Source: Chiloscyllium plagiosum (Eukaryota). From it: 60,074 bases of DNA. Every line of letters begins with the position of its first letter. The first letter of the stretch is position 1. The stretch is from contig NC_057749.1 of assembly GCF_004010195.1 (NCBI RefSeq), forward strand, positions 10,146,241 through 10,206,314. Reading direction: 5' to 3'. Shown piece after piece: positions 38,834 to 49,850 of this stretch. A program made the position numbers and the translations under genes. The notes below the pieces were generated by a model. It was not told the origin of the DNA. It made no database searches and saw only the letters and a list, made by a program, of their open reading frames with translations.

Positions 38834-39046
38834 GATTAGAGTGGTGCTGGAAAAGCATAGCAGGTCAGGCAGCATCCAAGGAGCAGGAAAATTGTTTCGG
38901 GCAGGAGCCCTTCATCAAGAATCATTCCTGGTGAAGCCCACGATTCCTGATGAAGGGCTCCTGCCCAAAACGCTGCTGTGCTTTTCCAGTACCACTCTAA
39001 TCTTGACTGTTAATCTTCAGCATCTGCAGTCCTCACTTTAGCCCCC
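38834..39046. mobile_element. Family A fold-back insert
   Basis: 15 bp TSD cttcaaacaggtcca (38819-38833 / 39047-39061); two opposed, decayed hammerhead motifs. Confidence 0.85.
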
Positions 39047-39429
39047 CTTCAAACAGGTCCATCAATCCAGAACAAGGACATTATCAGCCATAGAACTGTG
39101 CTCAACTACAATCTGAAACTCATGGTTCGGCTTATTCCTCACTCTAGCATCAAGCCAGGGGATCAACTGGTTCAATAAAGAGCACAGAAGGGCATGTCAG
39201 GAGCAACTCCAGGCATTCTTAAAAAAAATGAGGTGTCCATGTAGTGAAGCAACAATGCAGGATTACATCAGTGCCAAACCGCAGAAGAAGCAAGTGAAAC
39301 AGAGCTAAGCAATCCCACAACCAATGGATCAGGTCTAAACTCTTCAATCCTGCCACTTTCAGTCGTACATTATGGACAATTTAAAACTAACAGCTGGTGG
39401 AAGCTCTGTAAATATCTCCATCCTTAATG

Positions 39430-39608
39430 TTAAAAATCACATAACACTCGGTTATAATTCAACAGATTGTGTCCACAACCACCTGATGAAGGAGCGTCGC
39501 TCCAAAAGCTAGTGCTTACAATTAAACCTATTGGACTATAACCTGGTGTTGTGTGATTTTTTATCTTTGTACACCCCAGTCCAACACCGGCATCTCCAAA
39601 TCATGACT
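39430..39608. mobile_element. Family C fold-back insert
   Basis: 13 bp TSD tccatcct(t/c)aatg (39417-39429 / 39609-39621). Confidence 0.85.
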
Positions 39609-39722
39609 TCCATCCTCAATGATAGTGGAGCCCAGCATGTCAAAGACAAGGCTGAAGTCTTTGCATCCATCTTCAGCAATAAGTCCCAAGTAGATGGTCC
39701 ATCTTGGCCCCTTTCTGAGTTC

Positions 39723-41408
39723 AAAAATGTGTTGCTGGATAAGCGCAGCAGGTCAGGTAGCATCCACGGAGCAGGAGAATTGACGTTTCGGGCATAAGCC
39801 CTTCTTCAGGAATGAGGAAGGTGTGCCAAGCAGGCTGAGATAAAGGTAGGGAGGAAGGACTTAGGGGAGGGGCGTTGGGAATGGTTTATAGTAAACGTCC
39901 GTGTTGAGTCGGTCGCCCGAGGTAGAAATGGAGACATCTAGGAAGGGGAGGCAGGAGTCTGAGACGGTCCAGGTAAATTTGAGGTCGGGGTGGAAGGTGC
40001 CATGGGCACCCGCATGGGCCCCAGCTATGTCCCAAATGAGTAGCCATGGGCACCCACATGGGCCCCAGCTATGCCCCAAAGGAGTAGCCATGGGCACCCG
40101 CATAGGCCCCAGCTATGGCATGAAGGAGTAGCCATGGGCACCCGCATGGGCCCCAGCTATGCCTGCCTCTTCGTCGGATATGTGGAACAGTCCATCTTCC
40201 GCAGCTACACTGGCACCATCCCCCATCTTTTCCTCCGCTACATCAATGACTGTATCGGCGCTACCTCATGCTCCCACGAGGAGGTTGAACAGTTCATCCA
40301 CTTTACTAACACTCCTCCCTCCCCTTGCTAGACCTCTCCATTTCTATCTNNNNNNNNNNNNNNNNNNNNNNNNNNNNNNNNNNNNNNNNNNNNNNNNNNN
40401 NNNNNNNNNNNNNNNNNNNNNNNNNNNNNNNNNNNNNNNNNNNNNNNNNNNNNNNNNNNNNNNNNNNNNNNNNNNNNNNNNNNNNNNNNNNNNNNNNNNN
40501 NNNNNNNNNNNNNNNNNNNNNNNNNNNNNNNNNNNNNNNNNNNNNNNNNNNNNNNNNNNNNNNNNNNNNNNNNNNNNNNNNNNNNNNNNNNNNNNNNNNN
40601 NNNNNNNNNNNNNNNNNNNNNNNNNNNNNNNNNNNNNNNNNNNNNNNNNNNNNNNNNNNNNNNNNNNNNNNNNNNNNNNNNNNNNNNNNNNNNNNNNNNN
40701 NNNNNNNNNNNNNNNNNNNNNNNNNNNNNNNNNNNNNNNNNNNNNNNNNNNNNNNNNNNNNNNNNNNNNNNNNNNNNNNNNNNNNNNNNNNNNNNNNNNN
40801 NNNNNNNNNNNNNNNNNNNNNNNNNNNNNNNNNNNNNNNNNNNNNNNNNNNNNNNNNNNNNNNNNNNNNNNNNNNNNNNNNNNNNNNNNNNNNNNNNNNN
40901 NNNNNNNNNNNNNNNNNNNNNNNNNNNNNNNNNNNNNNNNNNNNNNNNNNNNNNNNNNNNNNNNNNNNNNNNNNNNNNNNNNNNNNNNNNNNNNNNNNNN
41001 NNNNNNNNNNNNNNNNNNNNNNNNNNNNNNNNNNNNNNNNNNNNNNNNNNNNNNNNNNNNNNNNNNNNNNNNNNNNNNNNNNNNNNNNNNNNNNNNNNNN
41101 NNNNNNNNNNNNNNNNNNNNNNNNNNNNNNNNNNNNNNNNNNNNNNNNNNNNNNNNNNNNNNNNNNNNNNNNNNNNNNNNNNNNNNNNNNNNNNNNNNNN
41201 NNNNNNNNNNNNNNNNNNNNNNNNNNNNNNNNNNNNNNNNNNNNNNNNNNNNNNNNNNNNNNNNNNNCACACCTTCCTCATTCCTGAAGAAGGGCTTTTG
41301 CCCAAAACGTCAATTCTCCTGCTCTTTGGATGCTGCCTGACCTGCTGCGCTTTTCCAGCAACACATTTTTCAACTCTGATCTCCAGCATCTGCAGTCCTC
41401 ACTTTTTT
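39723..41408. mobile_element. Penelope-like element (family A) with inverted ends and RT fragments
   Basis: GVAMGTRMGPSYACLF..RYIND (+) and HPDLKFT..LPFLDV..TDVYYKP (-); inverted pLTR ends; 14 bp TSD ccctttctgagttc (39709-39722 / 41409-41422); the middle is an N gap. Confidence 0.9.
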
Positions 41409-42148
41409 CCCTTTCTGAGTTCTCCAGCATTACAGATGCCAATCTTCAACTAATGTGATTCACTCATTGTGATATCACTCAGCTGGAGGCTCTGGATACT
41501 GCAATGGCTATGAGCCCTGACGAAAGATTCAAAGTAGTATTGAGGATTTGTACGGCAAACCTTGCTGCTCCCTTAGCCAAACTGTTTCAGTACAACCACA
41601 AAACTGGCACCTCCATGACAATGGGGAGAATTGCCCAGGTCTGTCCTGTACACAAAGAAAACAAGAAAAGTCCAAGGTGGACAATTACTGCCCTTTCTGT
41701 CCACTCTCAAACATCGGCAAAGTAACAGAAGAGGTCATCAACACAAAAGAGTTACCTGCTCACGGACACCCAGCTTGGGTTCTGCCAAGCCCACTCTCCT
41801 TCTGACCAATATGGACAAAAGAAGTGAGTTCCAGAGGCAAGGTGAGAGTGTCACATTTGACCGAGTGCCATGGTAACCAGGAGTCCGAGCAAAACTGGAA
41901 TCAGTGAGAATTGGGAACAACCTGTCATCTTAGCTGATGGAGTTATACTTGGCACATAGGAAGATGGTTGTGGTTGTTCATCTCAGACCTAGGATATCAA
42001 TGGAAGGGTTCCTCAGGGTAGTGTCTTAGATCTTCAGTTGCTTCATCCAATATCTTCCTTCCAACATAAGGTCCAAAGTGGAAGATGTGCAAGTGTTAGC
42101 AAACAATGTTCAGCACCATTCGTGACTCACAGATACTCAACAATCTGT

Positions 42149-42357
42149 TAGGAGAAAGTGAGGACTGCAGATGTGGAGATCAGAGTCGAGAATGTAGTGC
42201 TGGAAAAGCGCAGCAGGTCAGGCAGCATCCGAGGAGCAGGAGAATTGGCGTTTCGGGCATAAGCCCTTCCTAATGAAGGGCTTATGCCTGATACATTGAT
42301 TCTCCTGCTCCTCGGATGTGGCCTGACCTGCTGTGCTTTTCCAGCACTACACTCTCG
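42149..42357. mobile_element. Family A fold-back insert
   Basis: 14 bp TSD actcaacaatctgt (42135-42148 / 42358-42371); ~90 bp inverted arms. Confidence 0.85.
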
Positions 42358-42789
42358 ACTCAACAATCTGTATCTGTATACAGCAAGACCTGGACAATAT
42401 CCAGACTGAGTTTGATAAGTGATAAGTGGCACTCACTCCAGACACGTGCCTAGCAAGGATCATCTTCAACAACAGCCTTATGCCTCACGATATTCACTGA
42501 TATTACTTTGACTAAAAGCCTAACTATCAACATTTTGGGGGTCACCATTGAGAAGGAACTGAACTGGGACAAGTACTGGTGCTTCAAGAGAAGAGAAGGA
42601 AATGCTCAGAATATTGCAGTGAGTAACTTACCTCCTGACTCCCTAATTCCTGTCCACCATCTGTAAAGTACAATTCACACATGAGTTGGAATAATCTCAA
42701 TTAGGTGAGTGCAGCACTGACAACATTCAACAAACTCAACTTCATCCAGGACTAAGTAGCCTACTAAGCACCCAACCAAGAACATGGCC

Positions 42790-44192
42790 TTCCACCATAA
42801 GAAGCAACTGAAGACCATGTGGAGGCATCTGGGATCTGAGGCATTGGTGCATCCTGGACTATTTCATTGTCCAAGGTAGAGACCTGAAAGATATGCTCAT
42901 GCCAAAAATTGTGGAGGTTTCTGACTATTACTGAATGGATCGTGGACATGTGTGCTCAGTGATGATCATTTGCCAGACACAAGACACTGGAAAACCTATG
43001 AAACCACACGGAGAAAGCTAAACATTCCTGCCTTGAGTGATCTGGAGCACTGGGGAGAGAGTGCCAGGCCCGTTTATATCGTGCACAAGAGTGCAACACA
43101 CCTTCACCATCCCAAACACCTGGGTATCGACTATTGGAGTTGTTCCATAACAGAACCCCGAATGGCTTGACTTTATCTGAGTGTCATCACCAATCTCCCT
43201 CTACCACCCATCATCAGCATCCATTATTATCTGGACAGGACGCACTTCAACCTCACTCTTGATTGCGTCCAGGACAAACGTCACCCTCATGGACCTTCAG
43301 TTTGCAGCTGTCTGATTATGCACGCTGCGCAGGATGTGCAAAGAGCACTCAACCCTTTAAAGACATGCCCCATATCATTTTCAAACATTGCAAATCCGTA
43401 GAGATCCTCCTTTCCTTGGCCAGTTGTGTAATGCCCACAACATCTTCATAGTTGAAGTCCCTCTGGAGCCTGGGCAGCACTTCCTGCTATTAATGAACAA
43501 GTCCAGCACTGGGTCAACTGTGCCAGCACTGCCTTCAGCCTGCAACAACGTGTCTTTGACAAAAGAGACTTCTGGAAATCAGTGGTAGTTCTAATAATGC
43601 CAGTGCGTTGGCATCCTTCTCAGCTGCAGTGAAATCTGGGCCATCTTCTGAAAGCTTGCAGCAGTGGTCCTGCACCAGATTCTGAGGATGCAATGGGAGC
43701 ACCTTTGGACCAATGCAAGAGTGTCCAGCCACATCAAAGCCCTGCTCCTGAAGAACTGTCTCTGATGGAGGGGACATCGCATCCAAACTCTCAAGAGCTG
43801 CTGCCCTCGGCAGGATCCCACCTCCCAGATTCCCATTGGCCAGCTGTCAAAGAGCAGCCAACAGGAACATTTTATAAGGATGTGGTCAAAGTTACCCTAA
43901 TGCACAGAGGCATTGATAACAATAACCTGGAAGAGAAAGCTGCTGATCGCTTGTCCTAGCACTTCTGGATTTGTCGAGTGTGAATCACTTGAGACTCCTC
44001 ATCAACTGACTTCGAGGTAGAATGACCATGGCGAAGAAACATGAAGGATGCCAGCCTGGGGCACCAAGTTCCATTTCCCCTTGTAACCACGTGCCCCCAC
44101 TGTGGGAAAACTTTTGCAAATTGAAAATGGGACACCTTGGTCACCCAAGGATTCATGTAGCCGTCTTCAGTTCTGAGGGACTGCTGCTGACA
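42790..44192 (+). mobile_element. Decayed RTE-clade LINE fragment
   Basis: ASTAF..QRVF, FYKDVVK..GI...LEEKAADR and terminal CPHCGK..GH...H knuckle; gagggactgctg tail. Confidence 0.72.
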
Positions 44193-44362
44193 AAACCAAC
44201 CTACCACCTTTTGATGTTTGCTGCCTTCACCTGTGATGCACAGTGACAGCACAAGACGCACTACTGCAACTCACCAAGACTCCTTAGACAGCATCCCAAT
44301 GACTGCAGCAGTTCAAGAAGACAGCTCACTACCAACTCCTCCAGGCAAATTGGAGGTCAGCA

Positions 44363-44668
44363 GAATCTCTACAGTGTGGAAGTAGGCCCTTCAATGGAAC
44401 AAGTCCACACCGACCCTCTAAAGAGTAACCCATTCCTCTGCCCTATTATCCAATATTTCCCCTGACTAATGCACCCAACCTGTACATCCCTGAACACCTA
44501 TGGGCAATTTAGCATGGCCAGTTCACCTGACCTGCACATCTTTGGGTTGTGGAAGGAAACCGGAGCACCCAAAGGAAACCCACGCAGACACGGGGAGAAT
44601 GTGCAAACTCCACTTGGACAGTTGCTCGAGGCTGGAATCGAACCCAGGTTCCTGGTGCCATGAGGCAG
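44363..44668 (-). mobile_element. HE1-type V-SINE
   Basis: Family similarity. Confidence 0.88.
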
Positions 44669-45264
44669 TATGTTTTATTGATGCTGGACAAACCAGTAAC
44701 ATGGACATCCCACAAACACATCTTCAGACAAACTCACCATTGCTGCAGTTCATCTCAATGCTTCTTGTCTATAAAGATGCCTACATTTTGATTGATTAAA
44801 TAACCTTGCAACTATATGTTTTATACAATGCCCCAGTTTGTTGAGGACAATGTAATTCTAGAAGGGGCATGCCTTTTGAGGTATTGTATGATGTTGGAGC
44901 TCTTTCAATATGTAGTATAAGGTCAACTGTCATGGAGCATTTGCTTGTATGTACTTTTGAGTAAACCTGTTCAGTAGATATTATTCTACAACTGTGTAGC
45001 AAGTGGGCCTTGAACTGGGATCTCCTGCTGTAGGAGCAGAGACACTTTCTCTGCAATACAAGAGCCCACAGCATCTGCTTGTGAAATGACTAAAGTTAGA
45101 ATAGATATGCCTTGCTCTTTCTGTGAGTTCAGAAGGATGAACACTTCTTAAATTTATTCATGGAATCAGGGTGTCTCTTGCCCACCCCTAATTGCCCAGA
45201 GTTGACCCACATTGCTGTGGATCTGAAGTAGGCCAGACCAGGTAAGGAATGCTGTTTCCTTCCC

Positions 45265-48200
45265 GGGGCACAGATAGGCGGTTCTGTGGGGGCGAGAGAG
45301 ACTCACGTTTGGTATGTTGCCTCCCAGGTGCAAGGGTACGTGACGTCTCTGATCGTGTTTTCCGGGTCCTTAAGGGGGAGGGGGAGCAGCCCGAAGTCGT
45401 GGTCCACATTGGCACCAAAGACATAGGTCGGAGGAGCGCTGAGGATGTTAGGCAGGCTTTCAGGGAGCTCAGTTGGAAGCTCAGAGTTAGAACAAACAGA
45501 GTTGTTGTCTCTGGTTTGTTACCCGTGCCACGTGATAGAGAGTCGAGGAATAGGGAGAGAGAACAGTTAAATGCGTGGCTACAGGGATGGTGCAAGAGGG
45601 AGGGATTCCGGTATCTGGATAACTGGGGTTCTTTCTGGGGAAGATGGGACCCCTATAAACAGGATGGTCTACACCTGAACCTGAGGGGCACCAGTATCCT
45701 TGGTGGGAGGTTTGCTAGTGCTCTGGGGGGGGGGTTTAAACTAACTCTGCAGAGGCATGGGAGCCCAGACTGTACCTTTAGGGTGCAGGACCTGGAGTGT
45801 AGGAAGGTTAGGAACATGGCATCAATCTCAAAGGAGGATGCCTGTAAACAGGAAAGTGGCTTGAAGTGTGTATACTTCAATGCAAGAAGTATACGAAATA
45901 AGGTAGGTGAACTTGCAGCGTGGGGTGGTACCTGGGACTTCGATGTTGTGGCTATTACGGAGACATGGCTAGAACAGGAACAGGATTGGCTGTTGCAGGT
46001 TCCAGAATTTAAATGTTTGAGTAGGGGCGGAGGTGGGGGTAAAAGAGGGGGAGGTGTGGCATTGCTTGTCAAAGATAGTATTACAGCGGTGGAAAGGACG
46101 ATGGATGAAGACTCGCCATCAGAGGTAGTTTGGGCTGAGGTTAGGAATAGGAAAGGTCAGGTCACCCTGTTAGGAGTCTTTTACAGGCCCCCTAATAGTC
46201 CTAGAATCATTGAAGAAAGGATAGGGAAGGTGATTCAGGAGATGAGTGACAGTAATAGGGTGGTTGTTATGGGGGACTTTAACTTTCCTGATATTGATTG
46301 GGAAAGCTATAGCTCAAGTTCGTTAGATGGGTCAGTGTTTGTTCAATGTGTGCAGGAGAGTTTCCTGACACAATATGTAGACAGGCCAACAAGAGGTGAG
46401 GCCATACTGGATTTGGTTCTGGGTAACGAACCAGGCCAGGTGTTAGAATTAAAGGTAGGTGAGCACTTTGGGGATAGTGACCATAATTCAGTGATTTTTA
46501 CTCTCGTGATGGAGAGGGATAAGTGTGTACTACAAGGCAAGAGTTATAGCTGGGGTCAGGGAAATTATGATGCGGTGAGGCATGACTTAGGATGTGTGGC
46601 CTGGAAAAGTAGACTCCAAGGCAAGAGTGTAAATGATATGTGGAACTTGTCCAAGGGGCAACTATTGAGTGTCCTTGATAATTATGTACCTGTCAGGCAG
46701 GGAGGAAAGGGTCGTGCGAGGGACCCGTGGTTTAATAAGGAATTGGAATCCCTTGTTAAATGGAAGAGGGCGGCCTATCTCAAGATGAGACGTGAAGGTT
46801 CAATTGGCGCGATTGAGAGTTATAGGGTAGCCAGGAAGGACCTGAAGAGAGAGCTAAAAGCAGCAAGGAGGGGACATGAAAGGTCATTAGTAGATAGGAT
46901 TAGGGAAAACCCTAAGGCTTTCTATAGGTATGTTAGGAATAAAAGAATCACTAGGGTAGGAATAGGTCCAGTCAAGGATAGTAGGGGGAAGTTGCGTGTG
47001 GAGGCGGAAGAGATTGGGGAGACACTGAATGAATACTTTACTTCAGTATTTACTCAGGAACAGGGCATTGTCATCGATGTGAATACTGAGTCACAAATAA
47101 GTAGAATGGATGGCTTTGAGGTATGTAGAGAAGAGGTGTTGGAAATCCTGGAAAAGGTGAAAATAGATAAGTCCCCTGGGCCTGATGGCATTTATCCTAG
47201 GATTCTCTGGGAAGCAAGGGAGGAGATTGCAGAGCCATTGGCCTTGATTTTTATGTCCTCTTTGTCTACAGGAGTAGTGCCAGAAGACTGGAGGATAGCA
47301 AATGTGGTTCCCTTGTTCAAAAAGGGGAGTAGGGATAACCCTAGTAACTATAGGCCGGTGAGTCTCACTTCTGTTGTGGGCAAAGTCTTAGAGAGAATTG
47401 TAAGGGATAGGATTTATGCACATCTAGATAGGAATAATGTGAACAAGGATAGTCAGCATGGCTTTGTGAAGGGCAGGTCGTGCCTCACAAACCTTATTGA
47501 ATTCTTTGAAAAGGTGACGAAGGAGGTTGATGAGGGGAAAGCGGTAGATGTGGTATATATGGATTTTAGTAAGGCGTTTGATAAGGTTCCCCATGGTAGG
47601 CTACTGCAGAAAATACGGAGATATGGCATTGAGGGTGAGTTGGAGGTTTGGATTAGGAATTGGCGGGATGGAAGAAGACAGAGGGTAGTAGGTGATGGCA
47701 AAGTTTCTTCATGGAGTGCCGTCACTAGCGGTGTTCCGCAAGGATCTGTTTCGGGACCATTGCTGTTTGTCATTTTTATAAATGACCAGGAGGAGGGGTT
47801 AGAAGGTTGGGTGAACAAGTTTGCGGATGATACGAAAGTCAGAGGAGTTGTTGACAGTGAGGAAGGATGTGGCAGGTTACAGCAGGATATAGAGAAGCTG
47901 CAGAGCTGGGCAGAAAGGTGGCAGATGGAATACAATGTAGCTAAGTGCGAGGTGATTCACTTTGGGAAGAATAACAAAAAGATGGGGTACGGGGCTAATG
48001 GTCGGATACTTGGTAGTGTGGATGAGCAGAGGGATCTTGGTGTCCATGTACACAGATCTCTGAAAGTTGCCACCCAGGTAAATAGTGCGGTGAGGAAGGC
48101 ATATGGCGTACTGGCTTTTATTGGTAGAGGAATTGAGTTCCGGAGTACTGAGGTAATCTTGCAGTTGTATAAGACTCTGGTGCGGCCGCATCTGGAATAT

Positions 48201-48971
48201 TGTGTGCAGTTTTGGTCGCCATACTATAGGAAGGATGTGGAGGCACTGGAACGGATGCAGAGGAGGTTTACCAGGATGTTGCCTGGTATGGAAGAAAGAT
48301 CGTATGAGGAAANNNNNNNNNNNNNNNNNNNNNNNNNNNNNNNNNNNNNNNNNNNNNNNNNNNNNNNNNNNNNNNNNNNNNNNNNNNNNNNNNNNNNNNN
48401 NNNNNNNNNNNNNNNNNNNNNNNNNNNNNNNNNNNNNNNNNNNNNNNNNNNNNNNNNNNNNNNNNNNNNNNNNNNNNNNNNNNNNNNNNNNNNNNNNNNN
48501 NNNNNNNNNNNNNNNNNNNNNNNNNNNNNNNNNNNNNNNNNNNNNNNNNNNNNNNNNNNNNNNNNNNNNNNNNNNNNNNNNNNNNNNNNNNNNNNNNNNN
48601 NNNNNNNNNNNNNNNNNNNNNNNNNNNNNNNNNNNNNNNNNNNNNNNNNNNNNNNNNNNNNNNNNNNNNNNNNNNNNNNNNNNNNNNNNNNNNNNNNNNN
48701 NNNNNNNNNNNNNNNNNNNNNNNNNNNNNNNNNNNNNNNNNNNNNNNNNNNNNNNNNNNNNNCGAGTCGTGAGTTCATGGCATGCCCTGCCAGTAGCAGT
48801 GGTGGACAGTCCCTCTTTATGGGCATTTAAACGGGCATTGGATAGGCATATGGAGGATAGTGGGCTAGTGTAGGTTAGGTGGGCTTGGATCGGCGCAACA
48901 TCGAGGGCCAAAGGGCCTGTACTGCGCTGTATTCTTCTATGTTCTATGTTCTATGTTCTATCTATGTTCTA
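45265..48971 (+). mobile_element. Young, 5'-truncated CR1/HER1-type LINE (partial ORF1 SGNH esterase + ORF2 APE endonuclease/RT)
   Basis: Stop-free frame to the gap at 48313: HIGTxDIG and DGLHLN (SGNH), NARS/ETW/YRPP/GDFN/SDH (APE), GVPQGS/FADD (RT); (TTCTATG)n tail at 48935-48971; inserted into a minus-strand SINE. Confidence 0.96.
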
Positions 48972-49625
48972 GTGGGTTTTAGGTGATGTTTTCTTTTTCC
49001 TCGACAATCAGCAATGGATTCTTGATCATCATTCGACTTTTCTTTTATTGAATTCAAATTCCACCATCCACCATGACCGGATTCGAACCTGAGTCTCCGC
49101 GATAATATCACTAGGCCATCGCCATCCCCCCAAAACATCTCTGGTTGTGTCTCCTTTTACCTTTAGCATTTCTCCCACATCACTGGAGACTGACCATTCA
49201 GGGGCTATGAGCAATAAAGAGAAGGGAGAGCTCCATGTGTGTGAGTGAGACCTGCAACACAGCCCTTTTCAGATAAATAAGGGAAAATGCCTTCCTGTTT
49301 TGCCTGGTGATGGGTTGATGACTTGTAATTGCTGGCCTCCTCTATTTGCGGACCCTGTACAAATCTATCAAGTTGGTTGCTAATTGTAAACAGTGCAGCT
49401 CAGCAAAGGGGTTCAGACTATACTGGATAACAGTGCTGCCCTTGTAGTGTAAAGGGTTAATTATATCTTTACACCAGGAAGAACTACTGAGTATGGCAGA
49501 TCATGTGGAACAAGAGCCTGAATCTTAAAGGGTTACCTAGCATGACTTATTGTGCCTTGTAAATAGTTAAGGTTAATAAAACCTATTTATTTTTGCTCAC
49601 GTGAGGGTAGGTTACATCTTTCTAT

Positions 49626-49850
49626 GGGGTGGCAGATGGTGACCAGCCTCATGAAACTGGAGACCCACTGTTGGGAAAAAGCAGAAGCCAGGAGAAAACA
49701 GCATAAGGGGCTCCCATCCCGCCCCTTCCCCGTGACCACCTCCTGCCCCCAGTGTAACAGAGCTTGTGGAAGCTGCATCTCTCTGTACAGCCACTGACAG
49801 ACTCACCCTGAGAGTGGAAGAGGGTCTGTGAGGGACCGCTGATGATGAAG
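49626..49850 (+). mobile_element. RTE-clade LINE 3' end
   Basis: EKAEARRK..CPQCNRACGSCISLYSH*QTH followed by a gagggaccgctgatgatga tail. Confidence 0.72.

Larger units (their letters stand above)
38400..44352 (+). mobile_element. Old, fragmented CR1/L2-superfamily LINE hosting multiple nested insertions
   Basis: Decayed APE (WVDDFNVHH, LDL, SD) at 38500-38750 and RT (LAAPLAKLFQ, VCPVHK, NYCP, GVPQGSVL) at 41480-42030; its 3' end at 44200-44352 matches the LINE end at 22230-22785. Confidence 0.75.

Noticed and set aside
8401..39608. Recurrent aaaatcacacaacaccaggttatagtcc as CRISPR repeats or DNA-transposon TIRs
   Set aside because: Dispersed in eukaryotic DNA with no spacer array; variable long TSDs and hammerhead motifs fit Penelope-derived inserts.
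40159..41389. 300-390 aa ORFs, and similar ones at 47877-48911 and 22882-23335
   Set aside because: Artefacts of translating N gaps.
44837..44900. EDNVILEGACL as SORD exon 5
   Set aside because: Only a short DNV..E.GA resemblance; wrong acceptor phase and no downstream HACRR/VCGAG match.
45249..48830. 1193 aa ORF as a domesticated host gene
   Set aside because: Its ATG comes from the flanking SINE, the element is 5'-truncated past the GDS catalytic motif, and it keeps a normal CR1 tail.
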